Made by a program: the position numbers and the translations under genes. A DNA stretch of 64,000 nucleotides from the NCBI GenBank assembly GCA_031426355.1, contig JANPLD010000068.1, positions 3,056 through 67,055 on the forward strand. The letters run 5' to 3'. The notes below the pieces were generated by a model that was given only the letters and a program-made list of their open reading frames with translations, did not search any database and was not told where the DNA came from. Of this stretch, positions 14,948-24,432 are shown in pieces. Positions within the stretch are counted from its first letter, which is position 1. Each line of letters opens with the position of its first letter. Source of the stretch: Alphaproteobacteria bacterium (GTDB lineage: Bacteria; Pseudomonadota; Alphaproteobacteria; Rickettsiales; UBA8987).

Positions 14948-15454
14948 ATGGATAAAGTTGAAGAAATAGTAAAACAATTTTTGAAGGTAACAAAAACCTA
15001 TTTAGAAGAAAAAAATCCAACTTTTGCTGAATTTAAAAAGGAAATGCCTAAATTAATAGATTCATATACGCAAAAAATCCTAGATCTTGGGCCCCGAGAA
15101 GATGATTATTATGCCAAACTCGCAAAATGCTTTTTTACGGATGTATTTGTAACTACTTCCCAAAACGCAGAATCATTTTTTGATGAAATTATGACATCTA
15201 ATGGAATAAAACCTAATGAGAAAATTTCAGACTATATAATGAAACCAAGTTATTTTGATCTTCTTTCAAGTTTTTTAAATGAAAATTTAGAAATTTTAAA
15301 AAGTGAAGATACCATAAATAATGCTAAAGAAACTTATCAAGAATATTGCATTGGTTCTCTCTGTGATCTAAATTCACAAAAAATAAACTGCAAGATGCCT
15401 TCTCCAATACCTATAGATTTACAGAATAAAGCTTCCTTATCAAAGGGTGGTTAA
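14948..15454 (+). CDS. Orphan soluble protein, candidate T4SS substrate
   Basis: 168-aa AT-rich ORF filling the gap between hisH and aroA on the opposite strand; no recognisable family. Confidence 0.7.
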   Translation: MDKVEEIVKQFLKVTKTYLEEKNPTFAEFKKEMPKLIDSYTQKILDLGPREDDYYAKLAKCFFTDVFVTTSQNAESFFDEIMTSNGIKPNEKISDYIMKPSYFDLLSSFLNENLEILKSEDTINNAKETYQEYCIGSLCDLNSQKINCKMPSPIPIDLQNKASLSKGG

Positions 15455-16768
15455 ATTACAACCTAAACTATTCATCAATTCAACAAATCCCGGGAATGAA
15501 GTTGCTATCATTTCAGGTTTATCAACTGAGATAGGTTTTTCAGAAATCAAACCCGCAACTAAAAAACTCATTGCGATGCGGTGATCCCCATGAGTTGGTA
15601 TTTCTGCGCCGCCTTTTATAGAGCCGCCTTTTACTGATAGGCTATCATTTGCACCGATCTTTGCATCAACACCGCAAAGCTCCAAGCCTTTTCTGATAGC
15701 TTCCAGACGGTTACTTTCCTTAACTTTAAGTTCGGTAAGGCCGTTCATTATTGTAGTGCCCTCTGCTTTTGATGCGGCGATTGAGAGTATAGGATATTCA
15801 TCGATCATTGAAGGTACGCGTTCGGCGGGAACTGAAACTGCTTTTAATTTCGGAGTGTAAGTGGCTTTGATATCCGCAACCTGCTCGCCTGCTTCAATTC
15901 TGATATTATTGAACTCAATATTGGCGCCCATTTCTTTTAAAGTAGTGTAAAGGCCAATTCTTGTAGGGTTTATCAGAATATTTATAACTCTTACTTCTGA
16001 ACCGGGAGTTATGATCGCAGCAACTATTGGGAATGCGGCGGAGGAAGGGTCTGCCGGAACTATTACATCATTTGGTTTGAATTCCTGCTGGCCGAGATAT
16101 TTAATTACTGTTCCATTATCTTTTTCTTCTATGGAAATATTTCCGCCGAAATGTTTTATCATCATTTCGGTATGGTCGCGGGTTTTTTCCTTTTCAATTA
16201 CGGTTGTAACACCCGGCGTGTTGAGCGCGGCAAGAAGTATGGCGGATTTAACCTGAGCCGATGCGACGGGGAGTTCATATGATAATGGCGTCATGTGATT
16301 ACTACCCTGAACTAAAAGCGGGAGGAAATTATCGTCACGTGCTTCAAATTTTGTACCCATTAGGGAAAGGGGTGTTGTTACGCGCTTCATAGGGCGGGAA
16401 CTTAAACTTTCATCACCGGTAAATATTGTTTTGAAATTATATGGCGCAACTAAGCCCATAAGCAGACGGCAACCGGTTCCTGAATTACCGCAATCAAGAA
16501 CGCCTTCAGGTTCTGATAAACCCCCAACTCCAACGCCATCAACTATATATTGGTTATTTTCTTTTTTGATGCCTACACCTAGTTTCTCAAGGCATTTTTT
16601 TGTATTAAGAACGTCTTCACTTTCAAGAAGACCTGTAACTTTAGTTCTGCCAACGGCTTGAGAAGCAAATATAAGTGACCGGTGGGATATGGACTTATCA
16701 CCCGGAACAGTGATCTTGCCTTTTAGGGCAGAGGATGCAGATGATGTTAAAACTCTTCTTCCTTCCAT
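15440..16768 (-). CDS. aroA: EPSP synthase
   Basis: PGDKSISHR, CGNSGT, SAQVKS, RDHTE, KESNR, DHRIAM. Confidence 0.98.
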   Translation of the reverse strand: MEGRRVLTSSASSALKGKITVPGDKSISHRSLIFASQAVGRTKVTGLLESEDVLNTKKCLEKLGVGIKKENNQYIVDGVGVGGLSEPEGVLDCGNSGTGCRLLMGLVAPYNFKTIFTGDESLSSRPMKRVTTPLSLMGTKFEARDDNFLPLLVQGSNHMTPLSYELPVASAQVKSAILLAALNTPGVTTVIEKEKTRDHTEMMIKHFGGNISIEEKDNGTVIKYLGQQEFKPNDVIVPADPSSAAFPIVAAIITPGSEVRVINILINPTRIGLYTTLKEMGANIEFNNIRIEAGEQVADIKATYTPKLKAVSVPAERVPSMIDEYPILSIAASKAEGTTIMNGLTELKVKESNRLEAIRKGLELCGVDAKIGANDSLSVKGGSIKGGAEIPTHGDHRIAMSFLVAGLISEKPISVDKPEMIATSFPGFVELMNSLGCNLTTL

Positions 16769-17196
16769 CTCATGCCTCCGAAAATGTATTTAACATCGCC
16801 CTCACCTTTTCTGGAAGAAAGAGGGTATAGTTTCTGGCGATATTTAACTATTGAGCACATGCTGCTTTCAAACTCGCCTTCATCAACAACTTCTTTTTTG
16901 CTTTTTATAACTTCCTGGAACATACGCGCCATTTTATGGTTCGCCGGCATAGTCATGCCTGTGATCGGAGTATCAAACTTTTCATCATGTACTACTTTAG
17001 AAAGGTTCTCGCCGAGATATGAGAACCTGTAAGGTTCATCAGCTTTTATCAGGAAGCAATCACTCGCAACTTTTTCGATAGCAGAGAACACGATCTGCTC
17101 TTCAGCGGCAATATCATTTTTGGCTTTTTCCCTGAGATCCTTGAAATAATTATCAAGAAAATCAGCGAGCCTCATTCTTCTATATTCAAATGGCAT
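16747..17196 (-). CDS. Stand-alone PAS-like (PAS_5-type) domain protein
   Basis: Pattern YRFSYLGE...YRQKLYPL...YIFGGMRW resembles alphaproteobacterial single PAS proteins. Confidence 0.55.
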   Translation of the reverse strand: MPFEYRRMRLADFLDNYFKDLREKAKNDIAAEEQIVFSAIEKVASDCFLIKADEPYRFSYLGENLSKVVHDEKFDTPITGMTMPANHKMARMFQEVIKSKKEVVDEGEFESSMCSIVKYRQKLYPLSSRKGEGDVKYIFGGMRWKEEEF

Positions 17197-17213
17197 AATT
17201 CAATACAGTATCT

Positions 17214-17660
17214 TTACATCTTACCTAAGAAGTAGTCAGGATAATTAAAAAAACATGCGTAGTATATAGCACGGTAAACCGCAATTAAAACAAGAGTTTT
17301 AAGCCAGTTCATCTTAAGAAATCCTGCAAAAAATGGTACGGTAACATTTATCTGAGGAAAAAGGAGAGTTGCAAAAAAAATTGGGGCTATCTTGTTAAAA
17401 TAATAAGAGAAAGCGCGGGAATTGGAATTATCGGTAAATTTCTTCAACAGGTTTGTGATTAAAAAGCAGAGGAAAAACGTAGACATCAGCCCCATAACTG
17501 AGCCAAAATAGGCCATTGTTATAGCATATAAGTTATTATAGGTTTTATAATAGAAGATCAGCGGCAGGGCTAATTCATCACTGAAGGTAAGTAAGAAATT
17601 TGCGAAAAAGGAATCTTTAAAAACCTCTAGATATTCAGGTTTTAAAAATTCCAGCATCAT
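17214..17660 (-). CDS. Hypothetical membrane protein (possibly DedA/YqaA-like)
   Basis: Several hydrophobic segments; ATGA overlap with ispA. Confidence 0.55.
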   Translation of the reverse strand: MMLEFLKPEYLEVFKDSFFANFLLTFSDELALPLIFYYKTYNNLYAITMAYFGSVMGLMSTFFLCFLITNLLKKFTDNSNSRAFSYYFNKIAPIFFATLLFPQINVTVPFFAGFLKMNWLKTLVLIAVYRAIYYACFFNYPDYFLGKM

Positions 17661-18550
17661 TTCGTTCTGTTTAGAATGAAGGTCGCCAGATCCCTGAGCA
17701 TATCAGCATTCTTACCAAATGGAATTAAGTGGGATATTGCCTGCTCCGTAAGAATTTTTGCCTGCTGGGTCGCTTTTTCTATGCCCATTACCGATACGTA
17801 AGTACCTTTACCAGCGGATTTATCGTGCCTTGGTGTGCCATCAACATTTACATCGGTGGTGGCGTCAAGAAGATCGTCAGTTATCTGGAAGACTAACCCG
17901 AGATTACTGGCGTATCCGCGAAGAGAATTCCTTAAGTTGCGGCTAGCTTTACCAAGTATTGCGCCTGCTTCACAACCAACCTGGAAAAGCTGGCCGGTTT
18001 TGAGCCTTTGCAATCTAGTAATTTGCTCAATTGAAAGTGGTATATTTTCGGATAAAATATCAAGCATTTGACCGCCTATCATACCATCAATACCTATGGA
18101 TTTCGCGAAGGCACATACAAGTTCAGACCTGATTGATGGGTCAACATGTGTGGTATCATGGGAGAGTATCTCAAAGGCATAGCAGAGAAGCGCGTCACCT
18201 GCGAGGATGGCAGTTGCTTCATCAAATTTCTTATGGCAACTTGGCTGACCTCTTCTCTCATCATCATTATCAAGGGCTGGAAGATCGTCATGTATAAGTG
18301 AGAAACAATGGATGAATTCTATTGCGGCTGCAACTTGCAAGGCGCATGATTCACTAACGCCAAATAGTGATGCGGATTTTAAAACCAGAAACGGACGAAC
18401 TCTTTTTCCCGGTGAAAGAGCGGAATATTTAATTGCCTGAATGAGCCTGTTCTCGCCTATTCTGCCGTCGCCTTCTTCAGGGATGAGTGCCTCCATCTTG
18501 GCATTCACCATCTCTTCTACTTTTTCCAACTCTTTAAATAAATGATCCAT
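17657..18550 (-). CDS. ispA: Farnesyl diphosphate synthase
   Basis: GKRVRP, HDDLPALDNDDERRG, FQITDDLLD. Confidence 0.95.
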   Translation of the reverse strand: MDHLFKELEKVEEMVNAKMEALIPEEGDGRIGENRLIQAIKYSALSPGKRVRPFLVLKSASLFGVSESCALQVAAAIEFIHCFSLIHDDLPALDNDDERRGQPSCHKKFDEATAILAGDALLCYAFEILSHDTTHVDPSIRSELVCAFAKSIGIDGMIGGQMLDILSENIPLSIEQITRLQRLKTGQLFQVGCEAGAILGKASRNLRNSLRGYASNLGLVFQITDDLLDATTDVNVDGTPRHDKSAGKGTYVSVMGIEKATQQAKILTEQAISHLIPFGKNADMLRDLATFILNRTK

Positions 18551-18570
18551 ACTAACCCAAAGTCCCTTAT

Positions 18571-18597
18571 AAAGAAAAGGGCGGTGTACCGCCCTTT
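18571..18597 (-). terminator. Intrinsic terminator after TAXI gene
   Basis: Stem AAAGGGCGGT/ACCGCCCTTT followed by a T-rich run on the minus strand. Confidence 0.8.
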
Positions 18598-18606
18598 AAA
18601 TATTGA

Positions 18607-19593
18607 TTATATCCAACCTTTTTCTTTGAAATAACGTTCAGCACCAGGATGTAATGGAGCTGTATTTCCAGATTTTATCAGATCTTTAGGCTGAAGTGTA
18701 GAGAATACCGGGTGAAGGGTTTTGAAATTGTCGAAATTTTCAAACACCGCTTTAACAACCTGATAGACTATTTCCTGATCAGTATCTTGTGATGCTACAA
18801 AAGTAGCTTTCACACCGAATGTTTTAATATCCTGGTCGTTACCATTATACATTCCGCCAGGTATTGTAGTGTAGGCATAGAATGGGAAACGGTTAACCAG
18901 TTTATCAACATCTTTATCTTCAACAGGTATGATCTTAGCATCACAAGTAGTTGTAACTTCCTGCACAGCGCCATTAGGATGACCCGCAGCATAAACCATT
19001 ACGTCGATCTTGCCATCGCAAAGAGCTTGTGCTTGGTCAGATGCTTTAAGTTCAGATGCGATCTTGAAGTCAGTCATTTTCCAGCCTTTAACTGCCATAA
19101 TTGCTTCTAAAGTTGCTCTTTGGCCGGAACCGGCATTACCGATGTTAACCCTTTTGCCTTTAATATCGTCAAAAGATTTTATGCCGGAATCAGAACGGGC
19201 AATAACTGTGAAAGGTTCACTATGGAGCGAGAAAAGAGCGCGGAGTTTTTTGTCAGGCCCGATAGTTTCGAAAGGTCCTGTACCCATGTAATCGTGGTAC
19301 TGCCAGTCAGACTGGGCAATTGCTATGTCAATATCCCCTGCCCTGATAGCATTAAGATTGTAAACTGAACCACCTGTTGATTCAACTGAACACCTGATGC
19401 CGTGGTCTTTCCTACCCCTGTTAACCAAGCGGCAGATCGCTCCGCCAGCAGGATAGTAAACCCCGGTAACACCACCGGTACCGATGGTTACATATTTATC
19501 AGCAGCCTGAACGGGTATAAAATCAGAAAGTAATATTAAAGCAAATAAAGCAACGAACGACTTGGAAACAGATATCTTCATATTTTTCACCAT
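18607..19593 (-). CDS. TAXI-family TRAP transporter solute receptor
   Basis: Signal peptide, IGTGGVTGVYY, STGGSVYN, PLHPGA. Confidence 0.95.
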   Translation of the reverse strand: MVKNMKISVSKSFVALFALILLSDFIPVQAADKYVTIGTGGVTGVYYPAGGAICRLVNRGRKDHGIRCSVESTGGSVYNLNAIRAGDIDIAIAQSDWQYHDYMGTGPFETIGPDKKLRALFSLHSEPFTVIARSDSGIKSFDDIKGKRVNIGNAGSGQRATLEAIMAVKGWKMTDFKIASELKASDQAQALCDGKIDVMVYAAGHPNGAVQEVTTTCDAKIIPVEDKDVDKLVNRFPFYAYTTIPGGMYNGNDQDIKTFGVKATFVASQDTDQEIVYQVVKAVFENFDNFKTLHPVFSTLQPKDLIKSGNTAPLHPGAERYFKEKGWI

Positions 19594-19840
19594 TGATGTT
19601 CCGAAAAGAGAGAGAATGATATTTAATCTAAATTCATAATCAAGAAAAATTAATCTAAAATTAAAAAAAGAAATTTTTAATTGCTATTTCCAATTTTTCT
19701 TTGACCCGAATTAATATTTCTGTTGTCTATGAGATACAGCTTTAAAAATAATACATTGATAAATATTTATACTGCTCCGCTTTTATACAAAGCTTCAAAC
19801 TAGTAACATATACTTCAGGTAGTAAATTTTAATATAGAAT

Positions 19841-20587
19841 ATGAAGATCATAACAGCAGTAAAAAGAGTAGTGGATTATAAAGTTAACGTAAGGCCAAAG
19901 GCTGATGAGAGCGGCGTTGACATTGCCAACGTGAAAATGTCGATCAACCCGTTCGATGAGATAGCGGTTGAAGAGGCTGTTCGCCTTAAAGAAAAAGGTA
20001 TAGCGACAGAGGTTATCGCGGTTTCTATGGGTGATGCAAAATCGGAAGAGATAATCAGGCAATCTATCGCCATTGGTGCAGACAGAGGAATATTGGTTAC
20101 TGCAGATAAAGAGATACAGCCGTTAGCGGCGGCAAAGATACTTGCAAAGATAGTTCAGAAAGAGCAGGCTAATCTGGTTATACTTGGCAAGCAGGCGATA
20201 GATGATGACTCCAACCAGACAGGGCAAATGCTTGCAAGTTTACTTGGCTGGGGACAGGCAACTTTTGCAAGTGAAATAAAAATTGAATCTGACAAGGCTA
20301 TTGTAACGCGCGAGATAGATGGCGGGCTGATAACCATAGCGGTTAAGCTTCCAGCGGTGATAACTACGGATCTAAGGCTTAATGAACCACGTTATGTAAA
20401 GCTTCCTGATATAATGAAAGCGCGTAGTAAACCTCTGGAAAAAATCACGGTTGAAAGTTTAGGTGTGGATATATCGCCAAAAACGGAAAGTATAAAATTC
20501 CAGGCGCCGGGTAAAAGATCAAAAGGAATAAAAGTATCTTCAACTGATGAGCTGGTTGCTGAACTCAAAAAAAGACAGGTGATATAG
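19841..20587 (+). CDS. etfB: Electron transfer flavoprotein beta subunit
   Basis: [26 protein letters not shown]. Confidence 0.97.
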   Translation: MKIITAVKRVVDYKVNVRPKADESGVDIANVKMSINPFDEIAVEEAVRLKEKGIATEVIAVSMGDAKSEEIIRQSIAIGADRGILVTADKEIQPLAAAKILAKIVQKEQANLVILGKQAIDDDSNQTGQMLASLLGWGQATFASEIKIESDKAIVTREIDGGLITIAVKLPAVITTDLRLNEPRYVKLPDIMKARSKPLEKITVESLGVDISPKTESIKFQAPGKRSKGIKVSSTDELVAELKKRQVI

Positions 20588-20592
20588 GTAAT

Positions 20593-20937
20593 ATGAAGAA
20601 ACTTAATTTAGTTCTTTTTGCTTTTTTATTTACACTGTCTTCCTGTAAACAGGATATTGATCTGCCGGAAGGTATGGAGCTGGTTGGTAATGCAGACAAG
20701 ATACATTTTGTGTATGCGCCTGAGACTTATAAAGGTGAGGAAATAAACCTTAGGGAAGCTGGGAGGGTAATATGTACGGTAAGGTTCCAGCAGCAGGATT
20801 ATTGCCAGATATATTTCTGGTATAATATTAAGGATGTTGCAACCTCTCTGCCGGTTATAAACAGGGCAAGCCTGTTTGCGATATATGAGCTGAGGGATGG
20901 TATTATGAATTTGAAACAAACTAAGGAAAGCAAATAA
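20593..20937 (+). CDS. Hypothetical lipoprotein
   Basis: MKK, hydrophobic stretch, lipobox LSSC; tightly packed between etfB and etfA. Confidence 0.75.
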   Translation: MKKLNLVLFAFLFTLSSCKQDIDLPEGMELVGNADKIHFVYAPETYKGEEINLREAGRVICTVRFQQQDYCQIYFWYNIKDVATSLPVINRASLFAIYELRDGIMNLKQTKESK

Positions 20938-20938
20938 A

Positions 20939-21871
20939 ATGCCTAAAATACTTATAGTAGCAGAACATGATGGTAAGGCGCTGAACCCGAATACAAGATC
21001 AGTAGTAACAGCGGCTAACAAAATTGGAGGAGCGATTGATATACTTGTTGTTGGAAATGGTGATCTGAGCAGCATTTCAGCAAGCGCCGCAAAAATAACT
21101 TCGGCTGAAAAAATACTGGTATGCTCAAATAATTCTTTTGAGCATTTTTTAGCGGAGGCTGTCTCTTCAGCTATTAAAAATATTGCTGAGAATTATGATT
21201 ATATTCTTGCACCAGCAACTACGTTCGGTAAAGATTTTATGCCAAGGCTTGCCGCAACATTAGACATTCAGCAGATATCAGAGATCACCGAAGTGGTGGA
21301 CGAGAAAACTTTTAAAAGACCAATTTACGCGGGAAATATTATTTCTACGGTGAAGACAAACCAGGCAAAAAATATAATCACTATCAGATGTTCCACTTTT
21401 GAAAAGGCGGGTGAAACAGGAAATGCTGCAATTGAAAATATAAATCTTGCAGTGGAAAATAGTCTGACATCTTTCGTTTCAATGAATAAAACTGAAAGCA
21501 CAAGACCAGAATTAACTTCAGCAAGAGTTGTTATATCAGGCGGAAGGGGCGTTGGAAGCGCTGAGAATTTCAAGATAATCGAGGGGCTTGCTGATAAGTT
21601 GAAGGCAGCAGTTGGCGCTTCAAGGGCGGCGGTTGATGCGGGATATGTATCTAATGATTATCAGGTTGGGCAGACAGGGAAAATAGTTGCGCCGGAATTA
21701 TATATTGCGGTTGGCATATCAGGCGCGATACAGCATTTAGCAGGAATGAAAGATAGTAAAGTTATTGTTGCGATAAATAAAGATGAGAACGCACCAATAT
21801 TTGAAATTGCGGATATAGGATTAGTTGGAGATCTGTTCCAGATACTTCCTGAGCTGACACAGAAATTATAG
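20939..21871 (+). CDS. etfA: Electron transfer flavoprotein alpha subunit
   Basis: RPIYAGN, GASRAAVDAG, QVGQTGK, GISGAIQH. Confidence 0.97.
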   Translation: MPKILIVAEHDGKALNPNTRSVVTAANKIGGAIDILVVGNGDLSSISASAAKITSAEKILVCSNNSFEHFLAEAVSSAIKNIAENYDYILAPATTFGKDFMPRLAATLDIQQISEITEVVDEKTFKRPIYAGNIISTVKTNQAKNIITIRCSTFEKAGETGNAAIENINLAVENSLTSFVSMNKTESTRPELTSARVVISGGRGVGSAENFKIIEGLADKLKAAVGASRAAVDAGYVSNDYQVGQTGKIVAPELYIAVGISGAIQHLAGMKDSKVIVAINKDENAPIFEIADIGLVGDLFQILPELTQKL

Positions 21872-21934
21872 TTTGAAGTTGGAAGTTAGTAGTTGGAAGT
21901 AATTCTTCAACTTAAAACTTCAAACTTCAAACTA
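21869..21934. repeat. Heptamer 4+4 inverted repeat hairpin (unit AGTTGGA/TCAAACT)
   Basis: agtttga-agttgga-agttagt-agttgga, then ttcaact-taaaact-tcaaact-tcaaact. Confidence 0.85.
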
Positions 21935-21952
21935 AAAGTATAATATACTTTT

Positions 21953-22591
21953 ATGCTCCCTGCTTTAAGAAAAAACATTAGTGAATTCCAGGTTCCACAG
22001 ATCCATGAAGCTTCTGCGATCGAAGCAAATGCGTTTGCGATAAACCATTATGCACTCGCTCTATCTTCGAAGATCTGCGATATTGACGGTGATATAAACC
22101 TTAGTGAAAAAAGGGCGTTCATTTCCCTTTTTCCTTATTTCGGACAAGATGGGATAGCACTTTTAAAAAATACTGTTGATGAAGGAATATCTACTTATCA
22201 TGCGTGTAGAAGATTCAGTAAATTCGCCAACGAAGATAAATCCACAACGGCAAGGTTATATGCAAGACTGTTCAAATTAGCCGGGTGCGATGATACAATG
22301 AATGTATATGAGATATCATTTCTTGAAAAATTGGCTCCTATGCTTGGGCTTCATTTAGGATTTCTCGAAAAGGCGCTTGAATATTACTTTCTCAATAATC
22401 TGAAGCATCAGCAAAAGTTTACTCCACGTGATGAGCTGCGTAAGTTTTATCTCACACAGATATCAAGACTTCACCCTGATAATTTTGCAGGTGATGATAT
22501 TCTTAGCAAAAGAATAAAATCCACTATAATCTCCCTCGCAAATGAAAGAACAAAACTGCTGAATGAGAATTATAAAAACTCCGTCTCCTAA
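21953..22591 (+). CDS. DjlA-like protein (TerB-like domain plus C-terminal J-like domain), lacking the N-terminal TM
   Basis: KICDIDGDINLSE TerB-like motif; LHPD motif followed by ANERTKLLNENY. Confidence 0.7.
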   Translation: MLPALRKNISEFQVPQIHEASAIEANAFAINHYALALSSKICDIDGDINLSEKRAFISLFPYFGQDGIALLKNTVDEGISTYHACRRFSKFANEDKSTTARLYARLFKLAGCDDTMNVYEISFLEKLAPMLGLHLGFLEKALEYYFLNNLKHQQKFTPRDELRKFYLTQISRLHPDNFAGDDILSKRIKSTIISLANERTKLLNENYKNSVS

Positions 22592-23339
22592 TTTTTCCGA
22601 ACGCCCAGAGAAGGCGAAGATAGATACTATTGTTCTGCATTATACCGGGATGAAATCATCCAAGGAAGCGCTACGCAGAATGTGCGACCCGGCAACTGAA
22701 GTAAGCGCGCATTATTGTATCTCTGAGAAAGGTGATATATACCAGTTGGTTGAAGATGACTCAAAAGCATGGCATTCGGGTAAAAGCTTCTGGCGCGGCA
22801 GGGATAATATAAATAATTATTCCATCGGTATTGAGATCGCCAATTATGGGCATGAATGGGGTTACAGGCCGTTTGAAGATGAACAGATAGATTCAGTGAT
22901 AAATCTATGTAAAAGTCTGATAGAGGAATATGATATAAAGCCATATAATGTTGTCGGGCATAGCGATATTGCACCTGAAAGGAAAGAAGACCCGGGCGAA
23001 TTATTCCCTTGGAAATTACTTGCTGATGAGGGAATAGGACTGTGGCATGATGTTTCAGTAAATCCAGAATATAAAAGTGAATATGACCTTTCTGATAAGG
23101 AAGTTATAAATAATATCTATAAAAAACTTTCCGTTATTGGTTACAAATGTGGCTCTGTAAGTGATTTTGACCTTAACAATAGAAAATCTGTCGCGGCATT
23201 TTACCGAAGGTTCATTCCCGAAAGGATAAAATCATGCCAGAATCTGCGTAATCCTGAAATTATAAAATGGGACTTGGCATCTGACATAATAGCAGATGCA
23301 ATGATACTAAAAATTAGAGAAGTTCTGAAAAAGGACTGA
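22563..23339 (+). CDS. N-acetylmuramoyl-L-alanine amidase (AmpD/AmiD family)
   Basis: VLHYT, VSAHY, AWHSG, SIGIE, GHSDIAPERKEDPGELFPW. Confidence 0.95.
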   Translation: MRIIKTPSPNFSERPEKAKIDTIVLHYTGMKSSKEALRRMCDPATEVSAHYCISEKGDIYQLVEDDSKAWHSGKSFWRGRDNINNYSIGIEIANYGHEWGYRPFEDEQIDSVINLCKSLIEEYDIKPYNVVGHSDIAPERKEDPGELFPWKLLADEGIGLWHDVSVNPEYKSEYDLSDKEVINNIYKKLSVIGYKCGSVSDFDLNNRKSVAAFYRRFIPERIKSCQNLRNPEIIKWDLASDIIADAMILKIREVLKKD

Positions 23340-23362
23340 TAATCTTACCCAAGAGAAGTAAA

Positions 23363-23394
23363 TTAACCTTTTGTTAATCTTTATGTAGTAATAT
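23363..23394 (+). promoter_or_regulatory. CtrA-type box plus -10 upstream of HExxH orphan
   Basis: TTAA-CCTTTTG-TTAA at 23363-23377; TAATAT at 23389-23394. Confidence 0.55.
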
Positions 23395-23429
23395 TAAATT
23401 GCTAGAAAATTATCTTGCATTTATTAGTT

Positions 23430-24308
23430 ATGCCCTTTGGTTGGAAAAAATTGATTGATTTGAGCGAAGTTAAATTTGATGAAGAAAGGGCTTCCGCAAT
23501 TTCGGCACTGGAAACTATTTCTCAGACGGAATATGGCACAAAATTCTTAGAAAATCTAATGACTTTATATAATGGTGATGAATCTAATAAGATTAAATTT
23601 ATCTTCGAGAAAAATATAATTTTACCTACTGGTGAGTTTTCAGGTACGTATTATAGCTCAATTGAGAATAATAAGATTTCTACTTCCTATTTAAATATAA
23701 ATATCCAAGAGGAAAAATCTTATTATTACTATACTGAAGATGGCGCTTTATTAGAACCTTTGCTTGATCTTACTATCGTTCATGAACTGCAGCATGCCTA
23801 TTTTGATCTACTAAGATGTCATTTTAACAATCATACACCTGAAATTGTTAATAACCCTGTTTTTCAAGATGATTATAAGAAAATTATATTAATTGAAAAA
23901 AATCTTGGAAGAGGCGGAGAAGAATTAGAAGCTATATCTCGTGCCAATAATTATTTTTCTGAGTTAGGATTACCTACTAGACGTTCGCACAATGTTGTTG
24001 ATTGGAAGCGTGAAGATTTAAATTATTTTTGTGAAGGGGATAATCCCCAATCCTATGTTTACAGAATGCCGGATAATGAATTAGAAAATCTTAAAACCTC
24101 AATAAAGCCAAATTTACAAGGCAGAAATAACTTTGATAATCTCATTATTTCTCAAATAAAATGGCCTTTAGAACCAGCTGAAAATTATCGGCTTTTATCA
24201 CAAAGATTAATGTTAAAGATTTTAGATAAAGCTGAGGAAATGAATAGTTCTGAACCCACAGAAACCCCTTCTAATTTACCAAACTTTTCGCCTAAACGTT
24301 CTTTCTAA
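23430..24308 (+). CDS. Orphan zinc metalloprotease, M91/NleD-like; candidate effector
   Basis: VHELQHA motif, then E..A...N...ELGLPTR; N-terminal ALETISQTEYGTKFL. ATG at 23430 preferred over TTG at 23415. Confidence 0.65.
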   Translation: MPFGWKKLIDLSEVKFDEERASAISALETISQTEYGTKFLENLMTLYNGDESNKIKFIFEKNIILPTGEFSGTYYSSIENNKISTSYLNINIQEEKSYYYYTEDGALLEPLLDLTIVHELQHAYFDLLRCHFNNHTPEIVNNPVFQDDYKKIILIEKNLGRGGEELEAISRANNYFSELGLPTRRSHNVVDWKREDLNYFCEGDNPQSYVYRMPDNELENLKTSIKPNLQGRNNFDNLIISQIKWPLEPAENYRLLSQRLMLKILDKAEEMNSSEPTETPSNLPNFSPKRSF

Positions 24309-24371
24309 TAGAACTTCACAGCAAAATATTTAGAAAAAAAATTAATAGCAGATATTTTTGCTGTAAAAAGA

Positions 24372-24420
24372 CTGGATTGCTTCGCTAATTCAGGATAAAC
24401 CTTCATTCACTCGCAATGAC
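24372..24420. repeat. REP/RPE-like palindromic element remnant
   Basis: CTGGATTGCTTCGCT...CTCGCAATGAC resembles one arm of a common alphaproteobacterial palindromic repeat. Confidence 0.55.
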
Positions 24421-24432
24421 AATTTATAATTT

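Noticed and set aside
19650-19664. Exact TTAA-TCTAAAA-TTAA upstream of the TAXI gene
   Set aside because: No TAnnnT hexamer at 10-11 bp toward the gene, and the surroundings are extremely AT-rich. Not counted in the regulon; recorded as a counter-example showing chance hits occur.
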